Positions 1 to 6,140 of a stretch of 10,991 bases of DNA are shown here, piece after piece. The number at the start of each line of letters is the position of its first letter. The stretch's first letter is position 1. The stretch lies in UHGV virus genome UHGV-1820253; one strand, 5' to 3'. Origin of the DNA: a virus. The notes below the pieces were generated by a model. The model had not been told where the DNA came from. It was given only the letters and a program-made list of their open reading frames with translations, and ran no database searches. A program made the position numbers and the translations under genes.

Positions 1-758
1 CAGTGGGTTACACCGCCAATTGGCTCATCGTCGTCGTACTCCAATGCGGCTATATAGAACCCGTCACGACGAGAATAAGAAATCCCGGACATTACAATGC
101 CATCCGAAACAACAATAATGTCACCCGTTTCTTTCGGCATTCGCTCACTACAGCTTATCCAACCATCCGGAGTCACCGGAAGCGAGAACGGCAGCACATC
201 TCTGTGAACAAGTTTTTGCTGTGACAGGTTATCCAGAACTTTCTGTACTGCTGCATCACCGAATACACCAAGCGCATCTGCCATAACTCCTACAACCTGA
301 TAAGCCTCAGCGCATACCGTGGATAAACCATCCGGAATTACCGGAGAGTTGCCGGGTTCTTTAATGTGCAAGCGAGGCTCACCATCTTTTGGTTCAGGCC
401 ACTGGCGCTCCATGTTGATCTTCAATTTATCTTCCATAGCAGCGGTAATTTCAGCATCGCTGATGCCAGCACGGCGCTGTGCATCCCACAACAGGAAATG
501 CATATCAGCCCACTCGCTGAGATCGTCTGGTTCGGCTGCGGCTTCCAGAGCCTCTTTTGAGAGGTGTTTCAGTGGACCAATGGGGCCAACGCAGCCAAAT
601 GTGGAGTCAGACCATTTGGCATGCTCGTGGCGAATCAGTTCGCGTTCCAGTGATGCCAGTGCAATTCGTGCCAGTTCCATTTGTTCGCCACGAGTAAGCC
701 CGTTTTCAAGCGGATTTTTAATGAACAATTCAATACGTTCTTTGGTTATAGTGGTCAT
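1..758 (-). CDS. Hypothetical prophage protein, 3' end beyond the window (at least 252 aa); ORF track missed it because no stop codon lies inside the window
   Basis: Manual reverse-strand translation from ATG at 758-756 gives an uninterrupted frame to position 3: MTTITKERIELFIKNPLENGLTRGEQMELARIALASLERE...WISCSERMPKETGDIIVVSDGIVMSGISYSRRDGFYIAALEYDDDEPIGGVTH. GAGGG RBS 7 nt upstream. The ATG overlaps the TGA of the upstream gene (ATGA). The plus-strand ORF 319..765 over the same DNA is Ser/Arg-rich, as expected for an antisense shadow. The C-terminal part recalls DUF551/Eaa-like prophage proteins, from memory only. Confidence 0.55.
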   Translation of the reverse strand, partial: MTTITKERIELFIKNPLENGLTRGEQMELARIALASLERELIRHEHAKWSDSTFGCVGPIGPLKHLSKEALEAAAEPDDLSEWADMHFLLWDAQRRAGISDAEITAAMEDKLKINMERQWPEPKDGEPRLHIKEPGNSPVIPDGLSTVCAEAYQVVGVMADALGVFGDAAVQKVLDNLSQQKLVHRDVLPFSLPVTPDGWISCSERMPKETGDIIVVSDGIVMSGISYSRRDGFYIAALEYDDDEPIGGVTH

Positions 759-964
759 TTGTTAACCCTCAAAACTTTATGCCCGGGCGCAAAAGCACGC
801 GTTTTGTCTTTGCTTATTCGCCAGCCATCCTTGCGCGCCTCTTTTGCACAGCCAGCCCATGACGTACCTATATACTCACCGAAGTCTGGCACTGGATATA
901 CACCTTCCGTGCACTGACGGCAGTCACAATAGAGATGGATGGTGTAACTTGCAGCGATAGCCAT
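755..964 (-). CDS. Small Cys-rich hypothetical protein (69 aa; CxC-x2-C motif, possible zinc binding)
   Basis: ATG at 964-962 preceded by AAGGAG with 6-nt spacer; the track's 93-aa version starts at a GTG with no RBS. Protein MAIAASYTIHLYCDCRQCTEGVYPVPDFGEY...; stop overlaps the start of the next gene. Confidence 0.5.
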   Translation of the reverse strand: MAIAASYTIHLYCDCRQCTEGVYPVPDFGEYIGTSWAGCAKEARKDGWRISKDKTRAFAPGHKVLRVNK

Positions 965-965
965 A

Positions 966-1154
966 TCACTCTCCTTTAGTACGCAAGTGGTTTTTCCAGC
1001 GGTTTTGCGCCGCGCTGGGCTTTTTGCAAAAACCACAATCCATCATCCCGTAATGTTTCATTAACCCCATCCGTCGGTTGCTGAGTCTCACCCACTGCCA
1101 GACGCCAGGAGCGTTTCTACGAACTAACAGAATCTTTGCTTTACGGTTTTTCAT
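966..1154 (-). CDS. Small basic hypothetical protein (62 aa)
   Basis: ATG at 1154-1152 with GGAGAG RBS about 7 nt upstream; overlaps the 3' end of the upstream gene by 14 nt. Protein MKNRKAKILLVRRNAPGVWQWVRLSNRRMGLMKHYGMMDCGFCKK.... The track's longer version overlaps the upstream gene extensively. Confidence 0.4.
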   Translation of the reverse strand: MKNRKAKILLVRRNAPGVWQWVRLSNRRMGLMKHYGMMDCGFCKKPSAAQNRWKNHLRTKGE

Positions 1155-1893
1155 CGTTTTGCTCTCCTGCGTCTCCTTTGATGCAAATGCCAGCGACGCA
1201 TGGCACATTAACTTCCACGATGCGCACAGTTGGTTTGTACATCTCAATCGCTGTCAGCCAGTCAGCGCCAGTCATGCGCTTTTCTGCATCGCCATTAGTC
1301 CACTTAACCGGTACACCAATAGCCTTCATCGCGATTTCTATTTCCCCGGCGATGGCGCTTTTTCCGCAACCAGTAAAACCAGAAACAACGACAAGAACTT
1401 CACCTTTGGCTGGTTTTATTTCCCGTGCTTCCAGTTCTGCAATGCGCTTCTCTGCGGCTTCCAGCTTCTCGCGCATATCGTCAACGTACTCGACCAGAGA
1501 ACCGCCAGCAGGAATTTCGCACTCCTCGACCAGTTGGAAGTAGATATCAGCTGCGGCCCGTGTGTTGCTATGCCTAGCGTCGCCCATCTCACCTTCACGA
1601 AGAGCATCGCGTTCGGCGGTAAGATTGGCTATTTTGCTGTCTTTGCCTTCCAGCTCAACACGCAGCTTCCCTACCGTTAGCGCAATATCCTCGTTCTCCT
1701 GATCGCGGCTTTTGATGTATTGCAGGTTTCTTTCCCGTTCATCCAACAATGCCAGCGCGATATCTGGCGAAAAGTGCTTCATAAAATCGTTAAGCGCATT
1801 AATTCGCTGATCGAAAGGCATTACAGGTGCTTCACCAGCAATTTTTGTTTTTTCAGCGATTTCACGAAGCTTTTGATAATCAATCTTGCTCAC
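1141..1893 (-). CDS. Coiled-coil-rich prophage protein with C-terminal Walker-A-like motif (GFTGCGKS); N-terminus recalls Ead/Ea22-like proteins
   Basis: The track start is a TTG with no RBS. A GTG at 1893-1891 follows an AGGAGG RBS by 6 nt and overlaps the TGA of the upstream gene (GTGA). Protein from GTG: MSKIDYQKLREIAEKTKIAGEAP...; heptad-like, charged central region; C-terminus VLVVVSGFTGCGKSAIAGEIEIAMKAIG fits GxxxxGK[ST]. Confidence 0.6.
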   Translation of the reverse strand: MSKIDYQKLREIAEKTKIAGEAPVMPFDQRINALNDFMKHFSPDIALALLDERERNLQYIKSRDQENEDIALTVGKLRVELEGKDSKIANLTAERDALREGEMGDARHSNTRAAADIYFQLVEECEIPAGGSLVEYVDDMREKLEAAEKRIAELEAREIKPAKGEVLVVVSGFTGCGKSAIAGEIEIAMKAIGVPVKWTNGDAEKRMTGADWLTAIEMYKPTVRIVEVNVPCVAGICIKGDAGEQNDEKP

Positions 1894-2372
1894 TGGTTGC
1901 CTCCTTTGCGAAGCTGCTCCGCACAATGCAGCAGGGCGTCCGTCGCTTCTTTCACCGTAACGATGTCGCCATCGTCCAGCCCGGCAACCGTCGCGTCCTT
2001 AACGAACACCGAGCAAAGGTCATTAAACGCCTGCGCACGTACTTCAGCCAGGAGAGCGTCGGTGACCGGAGTTTCAGGAATCCGTCTCCTCATCCGTTCT
2101 ATTGCATGATTGAACCCGAAATCTTCAGCGAGAGATACGTCATCCATATTGTCATTGTCATCTTCAATATCCCGTGATTCTGGAATTGCAGACTTTATTC
2201 CCGCATTCTCCGCTGCCAGCGCATTAGCACGCACCAATTGCACTTCCAGTTGCGTTGCCAAATCGCTGATCAGCTTTGCCACACTGCGCATATCAACGGC
2301 ACCACATTCAGCTTTCAGTTCCGAAGCCATCTCATGCCCGGCGGAAACTAACCCTTTGATATTACTTTCCAT
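1890..2372 (-). CDS. Hypothetical acidic protein (160 aa)
   Basis: ATG at 2372-2370 with GAGGG RBS 5 nt upstream; stop overlaps the GTG start of the downstream gene; acidic (DIEDDNDNMDD); no recognisable motif. Confidence 0.55.
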   Translation of the reverse strand: MESNIKGLVSAGHEMASELKAECGAVDMRSVAKLISDLATQLEVQLVRANALAAENAGIKSAIPESRDIEDDNDNMDDVSLAEDFGFNHAIERMRRRIPETPVTDALLAEVRAQAFNDLCSVFVKDATVAGLDDGDIVTVKEATDALLHCAEQLRKGGNQ

Positions 2373-2433
2373 CTTTACCCTCGCTTATCCACATAACTTA
2401 TTGATTACATTGATAACTAAAAAGATCGTCGAT

Positions 2434-2781
2434 TCAGAACTCTTCGATGTTCCAGCCTCCACCTGCTTTCTTTGGTTTAACCGTTACCCCGATGATTCGG
2501 AACGGATACTGATCTGCGGCTACTTTGGTTTTCACCCTGGCGTCGTCGGTCCAGAATCCCCCTTTCACTTCGTACAGTTCCATCTCTCCGGTGGCGAGCA
2601 TCACAGCGAAATCGGGCGTATAGAACGTGTTGTCAGCTAACCGCAGCTTAATACCCTCGAATCGATACCAGGCGATTTCCCCTGCACGTTTACGCTGCTC
2701 AAGGTGCTGGCAATACGCAGATTCTGTTTTGTTCATCTGGCCTGTTTTGAGTCGACCAAGAGCCTGTATCTGTTTTCTCAT
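2434..2781 (-). CDS. Phage protein of unknown function (115 aa), recalls the DUF1064 family (possible nuclease-like fold)
   Basis: ATG at 2781-2779 with AGGT RBS. Motif YCQHLEQRKRAGEIAWYRFEGIKLRL...YTPDFAV...ELYEVKGG matches my memory of DUF1064 phage proteins. An operator-like palindrome overlaps its RBS. Confidence 0.55.
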   Translation of the reverse strand: MRKQIQALGRLKTGQMNKTESAYCQHLEQRKRAGEIAWYRFEGIKLRLADNTFYTPDFAVMLATGEMELYEVKGGFWTDDARVKTKVAADQYPFRIIGVTVKPKKAGGGWNIEEF

Positions 2782-2783
2782 GA

Positions 2784-2868
2784 TTTACCTCTAAGGTAAT
2801 TAAAAACCACATAAGACACGAAATCAATAGATTTTAGAATATTTTATTACCCAACAGGTAATTATCAA
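2784..2868 (-). promoter_or_regulatory. Putative internal promoter with two operator palindromes upstream of the nin-position cluster
   Basis: Minus strand reads TTGATA (-35, plus coords 2863-2868), 16-nt spacer, TAAAAT (-10, 2841-2846). The spacer is the perfect palindrome ATTACCcaacaGGTAAT (2846-2862). A second site, TTTACCtctaaGGTAAT (2784-2800), overlaps the RBS of the 2434..2781 gene. Confidence 0.45.
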
Positions 2869-2898
2869 GACGTAAAAAAATGCGCTATCGCGCTGGTA

Positions 2899-3699
2899 TT
2901 ACTTGATAAATCCTGCCGCCTTTCCCCGCCTGTATTCCTCCATCAGCCACTGCGCCGGTGTTATTCCCCCAAGGGTGGCGGCGTTAGGCATGCACCCGAA
3001 ACTTCGCCCTGGTGGATGGTAAACGTCTCTCCCTGTGTCCGGAGGTGTACTCATGGGCTCTCGCTTTGCCTGTATGCTGATCACCGGATCGGGTATCTGC
3101 TGTCCGGAAGCTACCTTTTTCGCCCAATCATCGAGCAGCCTGCGCGCGTGTTTCTCAACCTCAATCTCGCTAAGCTGGCGCTGATACATTGCACGGCGGG
3201 TATCACATACGACCCAGTACATAACCGGATGTCGCCACGGGAATCTTTCGGGACCACCAGGATATAAACTTTTTTCCTTGCTGTACCGGTGAAACTCCGC
3301 CATCACATCGTCAATGGTGACGCCAAGAACCATCTTGCTGTCTTTACACCACTTGATGAATTGCCCTGGCGACGGCCAGAACGGAGACTCACTGGCGCGG
3401 GCGTGGCGCATACCAGCAGAAACCTGTTCACGGGTTCGGATCCCCCCTTCGGCAAACGCAGCAATCCACTGCTGTTTTGCAGCAACTTCCTGCTCTGGCG
3501 TCTTCAGGTTGGTTACCACTGCCGCCGGAAACAGTTGTTTCAGCTGTTTGAAAAGGGCATCAACAAGCCTCTCTGCTGACATGTTCACCACGTTGTCATT
3601 GTTGGTGTACTGATGCTCATAACCTGACATGCGAGAAAGGGCTTCTCCGTCACGGTTTTGTATCGCGGTAAAAACGTTGTTCACAAGAAATCCTCCCAT
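2899..3699 (-). CDS. Lambda P-like replication protein (DnaB helicase loader)
   Basis: Residues AAVVTNLKTPEQEVAAKQQWIAAFAEGGIRTREQVSAGMRHARASESPFWPSPGQFIKWCKD align closely with lambda P (…RQWVLAFRENGITTMEQVNAGMRVARRQNRPFLPSPGQFVAWCRE, recalled from memory). Sits directly downstream of the O-like gene. Start may be ATG 3699 or GTG 3684, the latter overlapping the O-like stop (GTGA). Confidence 0.85.
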   Translation of the reverse strand: MGGFLVNNVFTAIQNRDGEALSRMSGYEHQYTNNDNVVNMSAERLVDALFKQLKQLFPAAVVTNLKTPEQEVAAKQQWIAAFAEGGIRTREQVSAGMRHARASESPFWPSPGQFIKWCKDSKMVLGVTIDDVMAEFHRYSKEKSLYPGGPERFPWRHPVMYWVVCDTRRAMYQRQLSEIEVEKHARRLLDDWAKKVASGQQIPDPVISIQAKREPMSTPPDTGRDVYHPPGRSFGCMPNAATLGGITPAQWLMEEYRRGKAAGFIK

Positions 3700-4496
3700 G
3701 CTTCAGGGCTGTTCCAGTGCGGAACGTTGTTATCAGGTAATGTTGATTGCTTCTGTCTGCTAATCTGCAGCCGCCTTGCCAGCTTCTGCTCCCACTGTGC
3801 CTGATGGTATGCCTTACCCTCAGCCATCCAGTAAATTCTGAACTCTGCAAGTTCCTGTGCCGTTGGCAGACTGTCCAGGTAGATCCCCTGCAATGAGCTT
3901 TTCCGAAGAAAGTCATCTGATGGCTGCCATTGTTCATGCATGACAAATTTGCCTAATTGCCCTGGCCCACCAGGAGGAACAAAGTTATTCATCACGGCGT
4001 TGTTTGCGCCGGGGTCATGATGCACAGAATCCCCGTTTTTTGTCCTGCTCTCCCTCTCTTGGTTAAATGACTGGTTATATGACTGGTTCTGGATCCCGTT
4101 TTTGGGATCATTCAACATCCCGTTTTTGGGATCATTCAACATCCCGTTTTTGGGTATATTCCCGTTTTCGGTAACATTACCGTTTTCTGGTTCATTGCCC
4201 CCCTCTCGGTTGCCTTTAATGTTCCCGTTTTTGGTTATATTAAGAGAGAAAACCCGCACTCTTTTTGTCGCTCCCTTTCTCTCTCCGGTATCTGAAATAA
4301 GCCCCATTTTCATGAGCGATATAAGCCCGGCCTGCACGGTTTTTTTATTCAGGCAAGTGTCTTTAACGAGGCGTTCTATGCTGGGGTAGCAGAGGTTATA
4401 TTCATCGGCTCTGTCAGCCATCGAGAGCAGTATGAGCTTTAATGATGAGCTACCTGGATCTGTCTCCCAGGCCCAATCTGTTGCATGTCTGCTCAT
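3681..4496 (-). CDS. Replication initiator (lambda O analog): N-terminal winged-helix DNA-binding domain, Asn/Gly/Pro-rich linker encoded by iterons, C-terminal domain
   Basis: ATG at 4496-4494 with GGAG RBS 8 nt upstream; N-terminal HTH-like region (LKLILLSMADRADEYNLCYPSIERLVKDTCLNKKTVQAGLISLMKMGLI); central repeats NGNIKGNREGGNEPENGNVTENGNIPKNGMLNDPKNGMLNDPKNG coincide with DNA direct repeats; immediately upstream of the P-like gene. Confidence 0.8.
   Translation of the reverse strand: MSRHATDWAWETDPGSSSLKLILLSMADRADEYNLCYPSIERLVKDTCLNKKTVQAGLISLMKMGLISDTGERKGATKRVRVFSLNITKNGNIKGNREGGNEPENGNVTENGNIPKNGMLNDPKNGMLNDPKNGIQNQSYNQSFNQERESRTKNGDSVHHDPGANNAVMNNFVPPGGPGQLGKFVMHEQWQPSDDFLRKSSLQGIYLDSLPTAQELAEFRIYWMAEGKAYHQAQWEQKLARRLQISRQKQSTLPDNNVPHWNSPEAWEDFL
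4093..4241. repeat. Iteron array (putative phage replication origin) inside the O-like gene: six direct repeats of about 18-20 bp, core CCCGTTTTTGG..ATT
   Basis: Copies at 4093-4112 and 4117-4136 (identical, atcccgtttttgggatcatt), 4141-4160, 4159-4178, 4179-4196 and 4222-4241 (degenerate). Spacing of 24, 24, 18 and 19 bp. Lambda ori is likewise embedded in O. Confidence 0.7.
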
Positions 4497-4511
4497 GATT
4501 AATCTCCGCTA

Positions 4512-4712
4512 TCAGCTTGAATGTTGTGGGGAGGAATTAATCATGATCTGCTTAATCTCAGCCCTGATGCGACGGTTTGATTCCATGGTGCACTCAACAC
4601 AGTGTCCGTTGTAAACCCAACGTTCACTGTCATGTCCGTGCTTACATGGTTTTCCGGTGTAGTAGCGTTTAAGTCCGCGCTTTGCGGCATCAATACGTGT
4701 AATGATTTCCAT
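4512..4712 (-). CDS. Small Cys/His-rich protein in the cII position (66 aa from ATG 4712; possible zinc ribbon)
   Basis: The track ORF starts at a TTG (4775). In-frame ATGs lie at 4748 (no RBS) and 4712 (AGGG about 6 nt upstream). Protein MEIITRIDAAKRGLKRYYTGKPCKHGHDSERWVYNGHCVECTMESNRR.... Lies between the Cro-like and O-like genes. Start uncertain. Confidence 0.5.
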   Translation of the reverse strand: MEIITRIDAAKRGLKRYYTGKPCKHGHDSERWVYNGHCVECTMESNRRIRAEIKQIMINSSPQHSS

Positions 4713-4818
4713 GGTAAGCCCTGTTATTAGTATTGGGATTACGGTCATTTTGTGCTGACACAAAAAAAAGATCAACCAGATTTGGTTTTTTATTACCTTT
4801 GAGGTGCGAATAGATATG

Positions 4819-4840
4819 AAAAGACCGCCGGGTGGCGGTC
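4819..4840 (-). terminator. Candidate intrinsic terminator or attenuator between the Cro-like and cII-position genes
   Basis: On the minus strand a 7-bp GC-rich stem (4840-4834 paired with 4829-4823) is followed by TTTT (4822-4819). The U-tract is short, so termination is probably partial. Confidence 0.4.
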
Positions 4841-4862
4841 TACAGAGGGTTGTGGCTGGATA

Positions 4863-5093
4863 TCATGAGTAGAAGAAGTATGCCAGTTCTGCTTTTGAGC
4901 GCAGCCATTGTCTTGTTTTACAGGCTTTAAAAAGCCCATTCATCAATACTTTACCTGGCATTTTGCGCTTACCTGTTAAGTGAGTCTGGATATAGTGACT
5001 CGTCGTTCCGGCTTCCTGTGCGAAGGCTTCACGCTCATCCGGAGTAAGTGCAAGCCAGTGCTTTTTGAAATCGAAATGTCCGTTATCGCTCAT
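4863..5093 (-). CDS. Cro-like small HTH DNA-binding protein (76 aa)
   Basis: ATG at 5093-5091; divergent from the repressor candidate across an operator-bearing intergenic region; first gene of the minus-strand replication operon; HTH-like segment AFAQEAGTTSHYIQTHLTG. Family assignment is tentative. Confidence 0.6.
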   Translation of the reverse strand: MSDNGHFDFKKHWLALTPDEREAFAQEAGTTSHYIQTHLTGKRKMPGKVLMNGLFKACKTRQWLRSKAELAYFFYS

Positions 5094-5117
5094 AGCTATT
5101 GCCTGATATTTATTTCA

Positions 5118-5146
5118 GATAATAAATATTCACCCATAAGGTAACA
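5118..5146 (-). promoter_or_regulatory. Putative PR-like promoter for the Cro-like/replication operon
   Basis: Minus strand TTGTTA (-35, 5146-5141), 17 nt, TATTAT (-10, 5123-5118); an operator half-site pair sits in the spacer. Confidence 0.35.
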
Positions 5147-5193
5147 AAAATCAAGGATAGTTACCTATGGGGTGCATTTACCTGTTGGGTAAT
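5128..5193. promoter_or_regulatory. OR-like operator cluster: three 17-bp sites matching WTTACC-N5-GGTAAW
   Basis: TTCACCcataaGGTAAC (5128-5144), TTTACCtatggGGTGCA (5160-5176, degenerate right half), TTTACCtgttgGGTAAT (5177-5193). They lie between the divergent Cro-like and repressor genes. Confidence 0.5.
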
Positions 5194-5247
5194 ATTGCTT
5201 TAAATTGAATCATCTACTGATTCATATACGAGGCGATTTTCCAGAAA

Positions 5248-5832
5248 ATGAAAAGTATCCAGGACGTCCGCAGGCAAAATCTCAACGACTTGATCGACCG
5301 TGAATTCAATGGTGTTCAGACGCGGATGGCAGAAAAACTTGGAACTCAGGCAAATCTGGTAAACCGCTGGGCTCTTGGCAAGAAGGTTATCGGCGACCAG
5401 GTTGCGCGAAAAATTGAAGCTGCCGCCAATAAACCCCGTAACTGGCTTGATATCGATCGCTCGCTTTCTCAGGAAGGTTTTCAGCCTGTCGGCCCAAGCG
5501 ACATTGGTCAGCTGGCGGCTCACAACCTGGAACGCTGGATGAGCGAAAGCCGCGACCTTTCAACACAGGGAAAACTTCACCGCGCATCCGGCGTCGCCCA
5601 GGTGACAATCAGCCGCCTGTTAAACAATGAGGTCAGCGTTTCCATTTCCACCCTGGAGAATGTTGCATCCGCATTCGGGCGTCACGGCTATGAATTACTG
5701 ATTCACCCGCACGACCCTGCGACCATCAACTATGACCGCTCGCGCTACGCATTGTTACCCGAAACCGAGAAAGCAAAGATCGAAAGTTACATTGAATTTG
5801 TCATCAACCAGAACGAAAAAAACAAACAATAA
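5248..5832 (+). CDS. Tandem-HTH (two XRE-like domains) transcriptional regulator; candidate prophage repressor (CI analog)
   Basis: ATG 5248; two HTH-like segments (QTRMAEKLGTQANLVNRWALGKKV and LHRASGVAQVTISRLLNNEVSVSISTLENVASAF); flanked by operator clusters on both sides; followed by a strong intrinsic terminator; no GDSM-type S24 peptidase motif seen. Confidence 0.7.
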   Translation: MKSIQDVRRQNLNDLIDREFNGVQTRMAEKLGTQANLVNRWALGKKVIGDQVARKIEAAANKPRNWLDIDRSLSQEGFQPVGPSDIGQLAAHNLERWMSESRDLSTQGKLHRASGVAQVTISRLLNNEVSVSISTLENVASAFGRHGYELLIHPHDPATINYDRSRYALLPETEKAKIESYIEFVINQNEKNKQ

Positions 5833-5852
5833 AATCATATTTTTCAGTAAGT

Positions 5853-5876
5853 AAGCCGCCTTCTGGCGGCTTTTTT
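5853..5876 (+). terminator. Rho-independent terminator downstream of the repressor gene
   Basis: Stem aaGCCGCC (5853-5860) paired with GGCGGCtt (5865-5872), loop ttct, T6 run at 5871-5876, 21 nt after the TAA stop. Confidence 0.8.
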
Positions 5877-5888
5877 ATTGTCTACACA

Positions 5889-5967
5889 ATTACCTTAAGG
5901 GTAATTTTTTTAACTCATATCTATTGACACCAAACCAAATACGCATAATCATTACCTCAACGGTAAC
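5889..5967 (+). promoter_or_regulatory. OL/PL-like region: two operator palindromes flanking a promoter for the plus-strand recombination operon
   Basis: Perfect palindrome ATTACCttaagGGTAAT (5889-5905) and ATTACCtcaacGGTAAC (5951-5967). Perfect -35 hexamer TTGACA at 5924-5929. The nearest good -10 (CATAAT, 5944-5949) is only 14 nt away, so exact promoter elements are uncertain. Confidence 0.5.
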
Positions 5968-5985
5968 AGACCGAGGTAACAAGTT

Positions 5986-6138
5986 ATGCAGTGGAAAATC
6001 ATCAACGGTTGGTACTGCGTTACTGCATGCGGATTCATGAGCTGGAAGTTCCGCACCTTACAGGAAGGCATTAAGTGGGCTTTCGTCAGCAAAGAAGCTC
6101 GCGATGTGGCCAACGATAACGAGATATGGGAGGGCTGA
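5986..6138 (+). CDS. Small ORF (50 aa), first gene after the PL-like promoter
   Basis: ATG 5986 with GAGGT 9 nt upstream; MQWKIINGWYCVTACGFMSWKFRTLQEGIKWAFVSKEARDVANDNEIWEG; stop 2 nt before the next start. Below the ORF-track length cutoff. Confidence 0.35.
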   Translation: MQWKIINGWYCVTACGFMSWKFRTLQEGIKWAFVSKEARDVANDNEIWEG

Positions 6139-6140
6139 TA

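Noticed and set aside
319-765. Plus-strand ORF of 148 aa (plus ORFs 3..224, 366..560 and 681..917)
   Set aside because: Ser/Arg/Cys-rich low-complexity translation with no RBS. It is antisense to the uninterrupted minus-strand gene 1..758, which has a GAGGG RBS and translational coupling.
1078-2640. Plus-strand ORFs 1078..1680, 1136..1543, 1720..2109, 1827..2177 and 2110..2640
   Set aside because: All lie antisense to the tightly packed, coupled minus-strand genes, have poor start contexts and biased Ser/Ala/Arg composition typical of shadow ORFs.
4169-4182. GGTAAC-ATTACC arrangement inside iterons, resembling everted operator half-sites
   Set aside because: There is no 5-bp spacer and the orientation is opposite to the operator palindrome. 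It is most simply part of the iteron consensus, so it is not counted as an operator.
4093-4241. Possible CRISPR array, given the regular direct repeats
   Set aside because: Repeats are only 18-24 bp and directly abutting, with no unique spacers of comparable length. They lie inside a coding sequence and fit replication-origin iterons.
4102-4389. Plus-strand ORF of 95 aa with repetitive FNIPFLGSFNIPFLG sequence
   Set aside because: It is the antisense reading of the iteron repeats inside the O-like gene. The repetition reflects DNA iterons, not a repeat protein.
5387-5608. Minus-strand ORFs 5200..5523 and 5387..5608 inside the repressor gene
   Set aside because: Antisense to the tandem-HTH gene, which has coherent domain structure and a downstream terminator. 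No independent signals.
5830-5880. Possibility that rex-like exclusion genes follow the repressor, as in lambda
   Set aside because: Only 21 nt separate the repressor stop from a strong terminator and the PL-like operators begin by 5889, so there is no room for additional genes.
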